Shown piece after piece: positions 1 through 9,087 of a stretch of DNA of 52,802 bases. Under the pieces are notes generated by a model. It worked only from the letters and a program-made list of their open reading frames with translations, was not told the origin of the DNA and ran no database searches. The translations under genes were made by a program, and so were the position numbers. Each line of letters opens with the position of its first letter. Positions within the stretch are counted from its first letter, which is position 1. The stretch is from an uncultured Marinoscillum sp. (GTDB lineage: Bacteria; Bacteroidota; Bacteroidia; Cytophagales; MED-G16). The DNA lies in assembly GCA_964646945.1 (NCBI GenBank), contig CAZYIL010000001.1, positions 6,988-59,789 on the forward strand, in the 5' to 3' direction.

Positions 1-1291
1 CTGCTCGTGAAGTAAACATACGATAAGGCTCTTCTGTTCCTTTATTAATTAAATCATCTATTAAAACGCCAATATACGCGTCTGAACGTGATAAAACAAA
101 AGGGTTTTTACCTAATATTTTGTTATGAGCATTAATTCCAGAAACCAACCCCTGACAAGCAGCTTCTTCATAACCTGTTGTTCCGTTGATTTGACCAGCA
201 AAAAACAAATTTTCGATAGGTTTTGTTTCCAGGGTTTTTTTTAGTTGAGTAGGGGGAAAATAATCATATTCAACAGCATACCCAGGCTTAAACATTTTAA
301 CTTTTTCAAAACCAGGCAGGGTTTTTAAAGCCGAAAGCTGTATATCTTCCGGCAACGATGTTGAAAAACCATTTACATAAACCTCAATAGTTTCCCAACC
401 CTCAGGTTCTACAAAAATTTGATGACGTTCTTTTTCTTTGAAACGTGTTATTTTATCCTCTATAGACGGACAATATCTAGGGCCTAAACCCTTAATCCTC
501 CCTGAAAACATAGGGGATTTAGAAAACCCAGACTCAAGAATACGATGTGTTTTTTTATTTGTATAAGTAATAAAACAACTTTTTTGTTTTTTGATCACAG
601 AAGAAGTTTCGTATGAAAAAACCCCAACTTTTTTATCCCCCTTTTGTTCTTCCATTTTAGAATAATCTAAAGACCTTCCGTCTACTCTTGGTGGAGTTCC
701 TGTTTTCATTCTACCAGAAACAAAACCTAACTTTTCTAAATCTTTAGTTATTCCTTTTGAGGCCCTCTCTCCTGTTCTCCCCCCCCCAAACGTTTTTTCT
801 CCTACATGTATGATCCCATTAAGAAACGTTCCGTTAGTTAATATTACAGCTTTAGCTAAAATATTTAACCCCAAAGCTGTTTTAACCCCAACCACTTTAT
901 TTTTTTTAACTAAAAGACCAATAATCATTTCTTGCCAAAAATCAATTTTGTTGTTTTTTTCCAACATTAAACGCCATTCTTCAGCAAAACGAAAACGATC
1001 ATTTTGAGCACGTGGTGACCACATAGCTGGTCCTTTCGATAAATTTAACATTCTAAACTGAACCATTGTTTTATCTGTAATAACCCCCGTTAATCCCCCC
1101 AAAGCATCGATTTCCCTAACGATTTGTCCTTTAGCAACTCCACCAATAGCAGGGTTACAAGACATCTGGCCTATTGTGGCCATATTCATAGTTGTTAGAA
1201 GAACCGAAGACCCTAATGTTGCTGCGGCAGAAGCCGCCTCACATCCCGCGTGTCCACCACCAACTACTACAACGTCGTATTTCTTAAACAT
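1..1291 (-). CDS. mnmG: tRNA uridine 5-carboxymethylaminomethyl modification enzyme MnmG/GidA (first ~430 codons; 3' end lies outside the window)
   Basis: Not in the ORF track because it runs off the window. Reverse-strand translation from the ATG at 1291-1289 reads [20 protein letters not shown] (FAD GxGxxG), MSCNPAIGG and [17 protein letters not shown], all classic MnmG motifs. Confidence 0.95.
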   Translation of the reverse strand, partial: MFKKYDVVVVGGGHAGCEAASAAATLGSSVLLTTMNMATIGQMSCNPAIGGVAKGQIVREIDALGGLTGVITDKTMVQFRMLNLSKGPAMWSPRAQNDRFRFAEEWRLMLEKNNKIDFWQEMIIGLLVKKNKVVGVKTALGLNILAKAVILTNGTFLNGIIHVGEKTFGGGRTGERASKGITKDLEKLGFVSGRMKTGTPPRVDGRSLDYSKMEEQKGDKKVGVFSYETSSVIKKQKSCFITYTNKKTHRILESGFSKSPMFSGRIKGLGPRYCPSIEDKITRFKEKERHQIFVEPEGWETIEVYVNGFSTSLPEDIQLSALKTLPGFEKVKMFKPGYAVEYDYFPPTQLKKTLETKPIENLFFAGQINGTTGYEEAACQGLVSGINAHNKILGKNPFVLSRSDAYIGVLIDDLINKGTEEPYRMFTSRA

Positions 1292-1745
1292 TATTTTTTT
1301 TGTTCCACGTGGAACTTTTAACCGAACTAAACATTTTTAAAAAAGTTTGTTCTTTTAAAAACATTATTTTTTTTTCCTTCGCTCTTTTGTCTTTATAACC
1401 AATAAGGTGTAAGACACCGTGAATTAGTGTTCTTAAGAGCTCTTTTTTGAATGAAACAGAATATTTTTGTGCATTTTCTTTTACCCTATCCGCGCTAATA
1501 TATACATCACCCTCTATTGTTTTTTTTGATTCTGAGAAATCAAAAGTTATCACGTCGGTTAAAGTAGTGTGGTTTAAAAATTTTTTATTAATCTCCAAAA
1601 GATGCTTGTCAGAACAAAAAACAAAATTCAAACACCCAAGCTTTTTCCCTTCTTTTTTTACAACGTTTTTTAACCAAACACGAACTTTTTTTTTTTCCAA
1701 CGAAAAAACAACACTGTCTTCGTAAAAAAAATTAACCAAAACCAT
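1284..1745 (-). CDS. ybeY: rRNA maturation endoribonuclease YbeY
   Basis: Zinc-binding motif [11 protein letters not shown] (HGxLHLxGYDH family signature). The stop overlaps the mnmG start by 8 nt. Confidence 0.9.
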   Translation of the reverse strand: MVLVNFFYEDSVVFSLEKKKVRVWLKNVVKKEGKKLGCLNFVFCSDKHLLEINKKFLNHTTLTDVITFDFSESKKTIEGDVYISADRVKENAQKYSVSFKKELLRTLIHGVLHLIGYKDKRAKEKKIMFLKEQTFLKMFSSVKSSTWNKKNNV

Positions 1746-1749
1746 CTAG

Positions 1750-2142
1750 CTAAACCAAGTTAAAAACCAACTGTATTAAAGAACCCCCTTTTTTAAAAAC
1801 GATTTCATCAGAAAGATTTTTCATTAAAAAAACACCTCTTCCTTTAATATTAGTTAGATTACTAGGATTTGTAGGATCTGGTATTTTAGATTCATCAAAC
1901 CCAACACCCTCATCAGCAATCATAAAACACAACCTGTTTTTAGACTGTTTTAATGATATTTCAACTTTTTTGGATTTGTTTTCTTTATTTCCATGCACAA
2001 TAGCGTTGTTAACAGCTTCTGTTACGGCAATTAAAACGTTCCCATAAACATTATCAGTAATTTTTAATTTATCCTTTGCGTTGTCGATAAAACTTTCTAC
2101 CACCCCTACGTTTTCTTTTATTGAGGGTATTTCTATTTTCAT
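1750..2142 (-). CDS. HATPase_c-type anti-sigma regulatory factor-like Ser/Thr kinase (RsbW/SpoIIAB-like)
   Basis: 130 aa. EAVNNAIVHG (N-box), DEGVGFD (G1-box) and GRGVFLMKNL (G2-like) match small GHKL anti-sigma kinases. It lies 4 nt upstream of ybeY. Confidence 0.65.
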   Translation of the reverse strand: MKIEIPSIKENVGVVESFIDNAKDKLKITDNVYGNVLIAVTEAVNNAIVHGNKENKSKKVEISLKQSKNRLCFMIADEGVGFDESKIPDPTNPSNLTNIKGRGVFLMKNLSDEIVFKKGGSLIQLVFNLV

Positions 2143-2283
2143 AATGTTGTCGTTTAAAAACTTTATTTACTGCATTGTTGTAACAATAAGCGTTTAGTGT
2201 AAATTGATTTTTTACATAAATAAAGATAAAAGATTTTTAACAAAAGACTTATAAGGTTGCGTAATAAAAAAAGAACCCAAAAA

Positions 2284-3519
2284 TCACTCTAAAGGACCCA
2301 AGACATGAGTTGCGCACCTAAACCCTACCGTTGCAGAAGAAGAATCTTGATCCATAAACCGTCTCATTCCAGGCGACAGCCACCTTGCTTGATCAGACCA
2401 AGAACCACCTTTATATACCCTAGCGGCATTATTTACTAAATCATTTCTTGCATTATATAACCCCTCAGGATCCAACTCTTCGCTTTGCCTTAAAGGATTT
2501 AAATCTTCTACATCAGAATATGTTAAAGGCCTATAAATATCATAAACCCATTCGTTAACATTTCCAGACATATTATATAAACCAAAATCATTAGGCTCAT
2601 ATTCATAAACATTAACAGTTATAAACCCCCTATCATTAAGAGCTCCAGCGATACCAGCATAATCACCCCTACCTCTTTTAAAGTTTGCTCTAAACTTACC
2701 AACAGATCCTCTTTTTGAACTTCGTATTGTTTTACCATCCCACGGATATAACCTGCGGTGTGTTTGGTTTTCATCCAACCATTGATTACCTATTTGCCCA
2801 TAAGCTGCGTACTCCCACTCAGCCTCTGTGGGTAATCTAAAATTAGGAAGTAAAACACCAGCTTCTACAGGAGGGACCTCATCTTCTTCAGCCTCTTGTC
2901 CTTTTCCTAAATAACTTTTAATTCTTTCTCTATTAACAACAGCAGTTCTCCAGTTACAATAATCATTTGCTTGATTCCAACTTACACCAACAACTGGGTA
3001 GTAACGAAAACCAGGATACCTTAAGTAATTATCAACATAAGGGGTGTTAAAAGCAAGTTCTTTAAACCAAACTGTTGTGTCAGGAAGCGCATTAATATAA
3101 AACTCTTCAGAAACCGTATCAGACTGCCTTATATGATGAAGGTATTCTAACCAATGTAAATTAGCTATTTCTGTTTCATCCATAAAAAAGGAAGTAACAG
3201 TAACGGTTCTTTCTATGTTATCATGAGAGAAAAAAACATCTTCTTCATATGTTCCAAGCACAGCACGACCACCCTCAATCAAAACTTGATTTGGGCCAGG
3301 GACCTGCCCACTGTAATCTGTCACAACAAACCCACCATCTTCTTCGGCCTTTTCGTAGTCAGAAAAATAATTTAATCCAGTTGCCGTACTAAAACTTCCC
3401 GGATCTTTTGCTGATCTTTTTGTTCCACCTTTTCCGAAAGGCAAAATAGAACAAGAGCCAAACAACCATAAAATAATTAAGGCTGAAAAAACACCACGGC
3501 TAGAAAACAATCTTTTCAT
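2284..3519 (-). CDS. gldJ: SUMF1/FGE-fold lipoprotein, GldJ-like (gliding/T9SS-associated family)
   Basis: Start moved to the internal ATG (MKRLFSS...LFGSC lipobox) because a TAATTTTG promoter box sits inside the longer ORF. Blocks VTVTSFFMDETEIAN, ALPDTTVWF, YPVVGVSWNQANDYCNWRT and GFRCA are typical of GldJ/GldK-type FGE-fold proteins. At 411 aa it is shorter than canonical GldJ, so the symbol is tentative. Confidence 0.6.
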   Translation of the reverse strand: MKRLFSSRGVFSALIILWLFGSCSILPFGKGGTKRSAKDPGSFSTATGLNYFSDYEKAEEDGGFVVTDYSGQVPGPNQVLIEGGRAVLGTYEEDVFFSHDNIERTVTVTSFFMDETEIANLHWLEYLHHIRQSDTVSEEFYINALPDTTVWFKELAFNTPYVDNYLRYPGFRYYPVVGVSWNQANDYCNWRTAVVNRERIKSYLGKGQEAEEDEVPPVEAGVLLPNFRLPTEAEWEYAAYGQIGNQWLDENQTHRRLYPWDGKTIRSSKRGSVGKFRANFKRGRGDYAGIAGALNDRGFITVNVYEYEPNDFGLYNMSGNVNEWVYDIYRPLTYSDVEDLNPLRQSEELDPEGLYNARNDLVNNAARVYKGGSWSDQARWLSPGMRRFMDQDSSSATVGFRCATHVLGPLE

Positions 3520-3545
3520 ATAACTATAAAAACTTAGATAGTTTG

Positions 3546-3553
3546 CAAAATTA
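3546..3553 (-). promoter_or_regulatory. Bacteroidota -7 promoter box (TAATTTTG on the minus strand) for the GldJ-like gene
   Basis: Plus-strand CAAAATTA is the reverse complement of TAnnTTTG. It lies 26 nt upstream of the ATG at 3519. Confidence 0.35.
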
Positions 3554-3612
3554 AACACAAGATTTAATAAAATAAAATTTATCTAAAACCTTCTAACTGA
3601 AAGGATTTATAA

Positions 3613-6600
3613 TTATTGTCTTTTTTTCAACAAACTTTTTAATAATAAAACCGCTTCTTTTAATGAAAAAACATTAAAAAAAGAGACCTTAAGCCCTTTT
3701 TTTGTGGATTCAAACAAACAAAGGTTCTTGTTTTGTTTCACATAAGAAAGGAATAAACTAAAGGTTTTTGAACTATAATATTTATGGCCCTTTTTTTCTT
3801 TAAAACTACAGAATAACGAACTTTTCTTTAAAACCACCTTACCGAACCCTAACTTAAAACTATATTTTTTTAACTCTTTTACTTTAAATAAATCCTGAAT
3901 AATTTTAGGCGCAGGACCAAACCTATCTTTTAAATTATTGTATATTTTTTTATACTCTTTTTTAGAATCAGCCTTTTCAATCTTAGAATATAACTTTAAT
4001 CGCTCGTTGTGATTTGAAACATATGAAGTGGGAATATAAACCTCTTTATCTAACTCAACCAAACAGTCATAATTTTTAAGAGAAGAAAGTAAAGGCCGAT
4101 CACTTATTTGTTTTTTTTCTTCCAACCCATCAAGAGCCTCATCTAAAACTTTATGATACATATCAAAACCCAAATCATTAATAAAACCACTTTGCTCTCC
4201 CCCAAGAAGATTTCCTGCACCCCTAATGTCCAAATCTTTTAATGCGATTTTTAACCCATCACCTAACTTAGATAACTCACTAATTGCAACAAGTCTGTTT
4301 CTAGCGTCTGCGGTCATATAGTTTGAAGAACTTGTTATCAAATAACAATAAGCCCTTTTGTTTGATCTTCCAACACGACCTCTAATTTGGTGTAAATCAG
4401 ATAAACCAAAAGCATGAGCGTTATTAATTATTACTGTATTTGCATTTGGAACATCTAACCCAGATTCAATAATGTTGGTAGAAACAAGTATATCATAATA
4501 TCCTTTAATAAATCGTATCATTATTTTTTCAAGATCACCCCCTTTTAACTGCCCGTGAGCAACACCTATTTTTGAGTCTGGAATCAGTTTTTGAACCACG
4601 TCCGCTATGTGGTAAATGTTTTTTACACGATTATTTACAAAAAAACTTGTCCAAAGCGGCCCAGTTCTTTTTTTATAACATCTCTTATTAATTTTTTATC
4701 AAACGAAATAATTTCTGTTTCTATAGAAATTCTATTAGGAGGCGGAGTTTCTATAACGCTAATATCACGAATACCCATTAAAGAAAAATGCAATGTTCTT
4801 GGGATGGGGGTGGCTGTTAGGGTGAGCGTATCTAACGAAACTTTGTTGTTTTTTATTTTTTCTTTTAAAGCAACACCGAACTTTTGTTCTTCATCAACTA
4901 TCAACAAACCTAAGTCTTTAAAAACAAATTCTTTATTTAAAACCTTTTGAGTTCCAATTAAAATGTCAATTTTCCCGCTTTTACAATCTTTTATTGTTGA
5001 TAAAACTTCTTTTCTAGACCTAAATCGTGAGACATAATTTACATTTACAGGAAAATTTTTTAAACGATAACAAAATGTATTGTAGTGTTGGAAAGCAAGT
5101 ACTGTTGTGGGGACAAGAATCAAAACCTGTTTGTTGTTACATACCGCCTTGAAAGCAGCTCTAATTGCAACTTCGGTTTTTCCAAATCCAACATCTCCAC
5201 AAACCAATCGATCCATTGGGTATTTGCTTTCCATATCTTTTTTTATTTCCTTTATCGTAAGGGATTGGTCTGGTGTATCTTGATATAAAAACGAAGTCTC
5301 TAACTCCATTTGTAAATAATCATCAGGTAAAAAAGAAAACCCGCTTGAAACCTTTCTTTTAGCATATAGTTCTATTAACCCTTTAGCAATGTTTTTTATT
5401 TTTGACTGAACGTTAGATTTTTTTCTTAACCAATCACGTGACCCAAGTTTATTTAATTTTGGATTAGGATTATCACCAACATATTTGGAAAACTTATATA
5501 ATGAATTAATTCCAACATATACAATATCGTTGTTTTGATAAGATATTTTTACAACCTCTTGTTTGGTGTTTTTAACTATTAATTTATCCAAACCTAAAAA
5601 CCGCCCTATGCCGTAATCTATATGAACAACATAATCTCCAAGATAAAGCTCTTTATAATCTACAAGACTTTTAATTTTATTTTTTTTAAACCCAGACGGT
5701 TTTTTTCTATGTTTAAAATAACGTTTGAAAATTTGATGATCAGTATAATAAACATGTTTTATGTTATCATCCACAAAACCATCAGAAAGAACAAATGAAG
5801 AAGAACTATAATAAAAATTTTCTAAAACAGACTCAAAATACCCATGAACCCTTGATGTTTGTTCTTCAGACTGAAAAGCAAGACTGACCGTATAACCCTT
5901 AGAAAAATGTTTTAAAAGATCTTTTTTTAGAAGGCTTAAGTTTTTGTTAAAATCAGGTTGACTTCTCGATTTATATTCAAACAAAAGTTTGTTTTTTGTG
6001 TTTGCAAAAACCCCAAATTCAACAATCCTAAAAGACAATAATTTTTTGAAAAAAGAGCGTTTAGAAACAAAGAGGTTTTTTGGGGGGGAAGAAAGAACCA
6101 CATCTGAATTTTTTATAATTCCTTTATGAATCTTTGAGGTTTTTTTAAACAAAACACCCAATGTTTCTCCGCACGCTTTTTTGTCTTTTATCCAAACTGT
6201 CCATTTTTTATCTAAATAATCTAACAGAGAAAGATTGTTTTTATTTTCTTTAATTATAGAAGGGTTTGCTAAAACAGAAATTTTTTTTTTAAATAAAGAA
6301 GACAGTTGCGACCCCATATTAAACACTGAAATTTTTTTAATACTATTTTCTTCAAAAAGCAACCTAAAAGGCTGTTTGTTTGAAAAAGAAAAAACATCAA
6401 AAACCAAACCCCGAATTGAATACTGACCTGCTTTTTCAACAAAATCTTTTTGTTCAAAATCAAAACCTATCAAAATGTTTTCTAATTCCTCATGGCTTAT
6501 TTCTTGATTTTCTTCTAAAAGCAGTGTTCTTTTTTTTAAATTAGCTTTGTTAATAATTTTTTCAAAAACAGCCTCTGGAAAAGTAACGACAATTTTATTT

Positions 6601-6956
6601 TTATCTGTTTTTTCTTGAATAAAAGAAACACTCTCAGCTCTCGAAACCACATTGAAATTGTCTATTTTTTCATCCCCATAATATTTATGACCAAGTCCAG
6701 GAAATAAAGATATTTTTTGTGTAGGCAGAAGGGTTTTAAGGTTATAATAAAAAGAAAAAGCAGAGTCTTTATTTTCTAAAATAAAACAACAACTGTATTT
6801 AGACAAAGAAAAAAAAACACTTGGAATAACAAAACCTAACCCCCCCGAAAGCCCCCTTATAACAATATTTTTTTTATCGTTGTTTTCTATTAAAGATTTT
6901 AACACAAGAACTAAGCTGTCCTTTTTATATAAGTTAATTAATTCCGAAGCAATCAT
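3613..6956 (-). pseudogene. mfd: Transcription-repair coupling factor Mfd, split into two ORFs by a 1-nt frameshift in an A7 run (true pseudogene or homopolymer sequencing error)
   Basis: ORF 4635..6956 carries GDVGFGKTEVAIRAAF (Walker A), LIVDEEQKFG and TATPIPRT. ORF 3613..4599 carries TNIIESGLDVPNANT and HQIRGRVGRS. The open frame upstream of 4599 reads FFVNNRVKNIYHIADVVQ, which joins ...GRFGQVF if one A is added to the run at 4639..4645. Confidence 0.85.
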
Positions 6957-6970
6957 TTTATAAAAAAATA

Positions 6971-6978
6971 TACCTTTG
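6971..6978 (+). promoter_or_regulatory. TAnnTTTG box (TACCTTTG) 4 nt upstream of the SDR gene ATG
   Basis: Exact motif match in the 26-nt mfd/SDR divergent spacer. The spacing would imply an almost leaderless mRNA. Confidence 0.25.
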
Positions 6979-6982
6979 TTTT

Positions 6983-7744
6983 ATGAGCAATAATAAAAAA
7001 ACTATTTTAGTTACAGGAGGATCAAGGGGAATAGGTTTTGAAATCACATCACACTTACTTAAGGACGAAAATTTAATTTTGTTAAATTATAAAAACGAAA
7101 CAAAAAAACTCAAAAGGTTTATTTCAAAAAACAAACCTAACATTGTGCCCATAAAAGCCGATTTAACAAAACCAAAAGGACTTAAGAAACTTCTAAACGA
7201 AACTCTAAATCAAACGGAAATCCCAGACGTTATTATAAATAATGCCGGAATAGCGCTTAACGCACCTTTGTCTTATTCAAAATCAAAATGGGAGAAAACA
7301 TGGGACGAAACAATTAGTTTGAATTTAAAAGCGCCCTCAATTATTTGTAGAGAAATAATTCAAAAAAAAATTAAAATAAAAAACACAAAAAAACTTAGAA
7401 TAATCAACATTGCATCAAGGGCAGCGTTTAGGGGAGAGACAGAAGATTTTATTGCTTATGCAGCGTCTAAAGGCGGACTAATTTCTCTTACAAAAACACT
7501 TGCAAGATCTTTTGGTAAACAAAATGTTTTAGCGTTTAGTATCGCTCCTGGTTTTGTAAAAACGAGTATGGCCGAAGACTTCATTAAGAAATACGGAAAA
7601 CAACATGCGATGGAAGGGATTGTGTTAAATAGGTTAACAGAACCAAAAGACATAGCACCAACTGTAAAATTTATAGCGCAAGGAAATATGGATCACGCAA
7701 CTGGCTCAACTATCGATATTAACGGGGGGAGTTATTTAAGGTAG
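6983..7744 (+). CDS. Short-chain dehydrogenase/reductase (FabG-like)
   Basis: TGGSRGIG cofactor motif, NNAG, catalytic YAASKGG (YxxxK). Confidence 0.85.
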   Translation: MSNNKKTILVTGGSRGIGFEITSHLLKDENLILLNYKNETKKLKRFISKNKPNIVPIKADLTKPKGLKKLLNETLNQTEIPDVIINNAGIALNAPLSYSKSKWEKTWDETISLNLKAPSIICREIIQKKIKIKNTKKLRIINIASRAAFRGETEDFIAYAASKGGLISLTKTLARSFGKQNVLAFSIAPGFVKTSMAEDFIKKYGKQHAMEGIVLNRLTEPKDIAPTVKFIAQGNMDHATGSTIDINGGSYLR

Positions 7745-7864
7745 AGTCAGGTCAATAAGTAAAAAGTTGACCAAAGCCGTTAAAAGAATTAAACTCTAAA
7801 GTTTTTCAACTAGAATTAAGAAAAAACATTATTATTGTGTACCTAATAAATTTTTTTTGTACAA

Positions 7865-8731
7865 TTGAAGAATAAAATATCTTTAGCATTATCTAGCGGA
7901 GGAGCAAGAGGTCTTGCGCACATTGGGGTTGTAGAAACTCTTATTGAAAAAGGATACCAGATAGAGGAAATATCAGGCTCTTCTATTGGTTCAGTGATTG
8001 CCTCAATGTATGCTTCAGGCAATTTAAACAAGTTTAAAAGCTGGGTTTTATCTTTAGATAAATTTAAGGTTTTTTCATTAATGGACTTTACTATAGGAGG
8101 ATATGGTGTTATGAAAGGTGACAAGGTTTTTAATAAACTAAAAACAATAATAAAAGATGAAAAAATTGAAAACCTTAGAATACCAATAAATATTATAGCA
8201 TCAGATGTTTTTAAAGTTAAAGAAAAAGTTTTTAGACAAGGAAGTATGTACGAAGCAATGAGAGCGTCTTGTTCTATACCAGGATTAGTAAGGCCATATG
8301 TTTATAAAAAAACAGAGCTAATAGACGGAGGTGTTTTAAATCCCCTACCAATTAAACACTTAAAAAAACAAAAGCAAATACTTGCTGTAAATCTTAACAA
8401 TACTCCAAAATTAAAAAAAAACAAACAAAAAACATTAAAATACCAGCGTTTAGAGAATAAATATTTTAATATTTTTAAAGATTATTTTTCAAAAAAAACA
8501 CCTTATAGAAAAAGACTGAACGTGTTCGATTTAACATATAAATCAATCCATATGATGCAAAACAAACTAGCTAAAGAAACAATGTCTAAACATTCTGTTG
8601 ATTTTGTGGTTAACATACCTTTTGATTCTTGCTACCCATTAGAGTTTTATAAAGCGAAACAGATGATAAAATTAGGAAGAAATTTGTGTGAAGAGGTGTT
8701 AAAGAAAAAACAAAAAAAAATTATTGCATAA
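7865..8731 (+). CDS. Patatin-like phospholipase
   Basis: GGGARGLAHIGV oxyanion motif, GSSIGS (GxSxG nucleophile) and DGG (catalytic Asp). TTG start: an in-frame stop lies at 7847-7849 and there is no ATG before the glycine-rich motif. Confidence 0.85.
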   Translation: MKNKISLALSSGGARGLAHIGVVETLIEKGYQIEEISGSSIGSVIASMYASGNLNKFKSWVLSLDKFKVFSLMDFTIGGYGVMKGDKVFNKLKTIIKDEKIENLRIPINIIASDVFKVKEKVFRQGSMYEAMRASCSIPGLVRPYVYKKTELIDGGVLNPLPIKHLKKQKQILAVNLNNTPKLKKNKQKTLKYQRLENKYFNIFKDYFSKKTPYRKRLNVFDLTYKSIHMMQNKLAKETMSKHSVDFVVNIPFDSCYPLEFYKAKQMIKLGRNLCEEVLKKKQKKIIA

Positions 8732-8796
8732 AAAAAACATAAGTAAAAACCCACAACTTTGTTTTTTATAAAATAAATTTGATTAAAAACGACAAT

Positions 8797-8904
8797 ATGG
8801 AAATGGTTATTATTATTATTGTTTTATTTGTTTCGGCAATATTAGCAGCGCTCTTTATTCCAAACAGCAAAGTTAGCGATCACCCTAAAGACTCTGAAGT
8901 ATAA
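8797..8904 (+). CDS. Possible 35-aa single-pass membrane peptide (MEMVIIIIVLFVSAILAALFIPNSKVSDHPKDSEV)
   Basis: Hand-translated ATG..TAA ORF in the largest otherwise empty spacer, below the ORF-track size cutoff. It has a hydrophobic helix and a polar tail. No homology evidence. Confidence 0.3.
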   Translation: MEMVIIIIVLFVSAILAALFIPNSKVSDHPKDSEV

Positions 8905-8909
8905 TAACA

Positions 8910-9035
8910 CTAATCTTCTTTATTTACATTCCTAAAGTCCACAACCGTTAAGGCAGCGACAACACCAATTAAAAGCACAACAATCCAAACAAATAAACTT
9001 ACACCATCAGTTATTGCGGGGTTTGTAGGAAACAT
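8910..9035 (-). CDS. Possible 41-aa single-pass membrane peptide (MFPTNPAITDGVSLFVWIVVLLIGVVAALTVVDFRNVNKED)
   Basis: Hand-translated ATG..TAG ORF convergent with the 35-aa ORF, with stops 5 nt apart. GC is locally higher than in the surrounding spacer and the TM helix is clean. Confidence 0.35.
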   Translation of the reverse strand: MFPTNPAITDGVSLFVWIVVLLIGVVAALTVVDFRNVNKED

Positions 9036-9087
9036 TATCTTTAATTAAAATAAAAATTAATTTTAAACAAATATATACACACTGATG

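Noticed and set aside
779-787. C9 (G9 on the coding strand) homopolymer in mnmG as a phase-variation tract.
   Set aside because: It encodes the conserved FGGGRTGE segment in frame, and mnmG is a housekeeping gene, so no contingency-locus logic applies. It remains a slippage-prone site.
2174-2187. 14-nt palindrome ATTGTTGTAACAAT 32-45 nt upstream of the RsbW-like gene as an operator site.
   Set aside because: The arms are short (6 nt) in AT-rich DNA and could arise by chance. There is no second copy in the window to support a regulon motif.
7750-7772. GGTCAA-N11-TTGACC inverted repeat after the SDR gene as an intrinsic terminator.
   Set aside because: The stem is only 6 bp with an 11-nt loop and no following T-tract. 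That is too weak to call.
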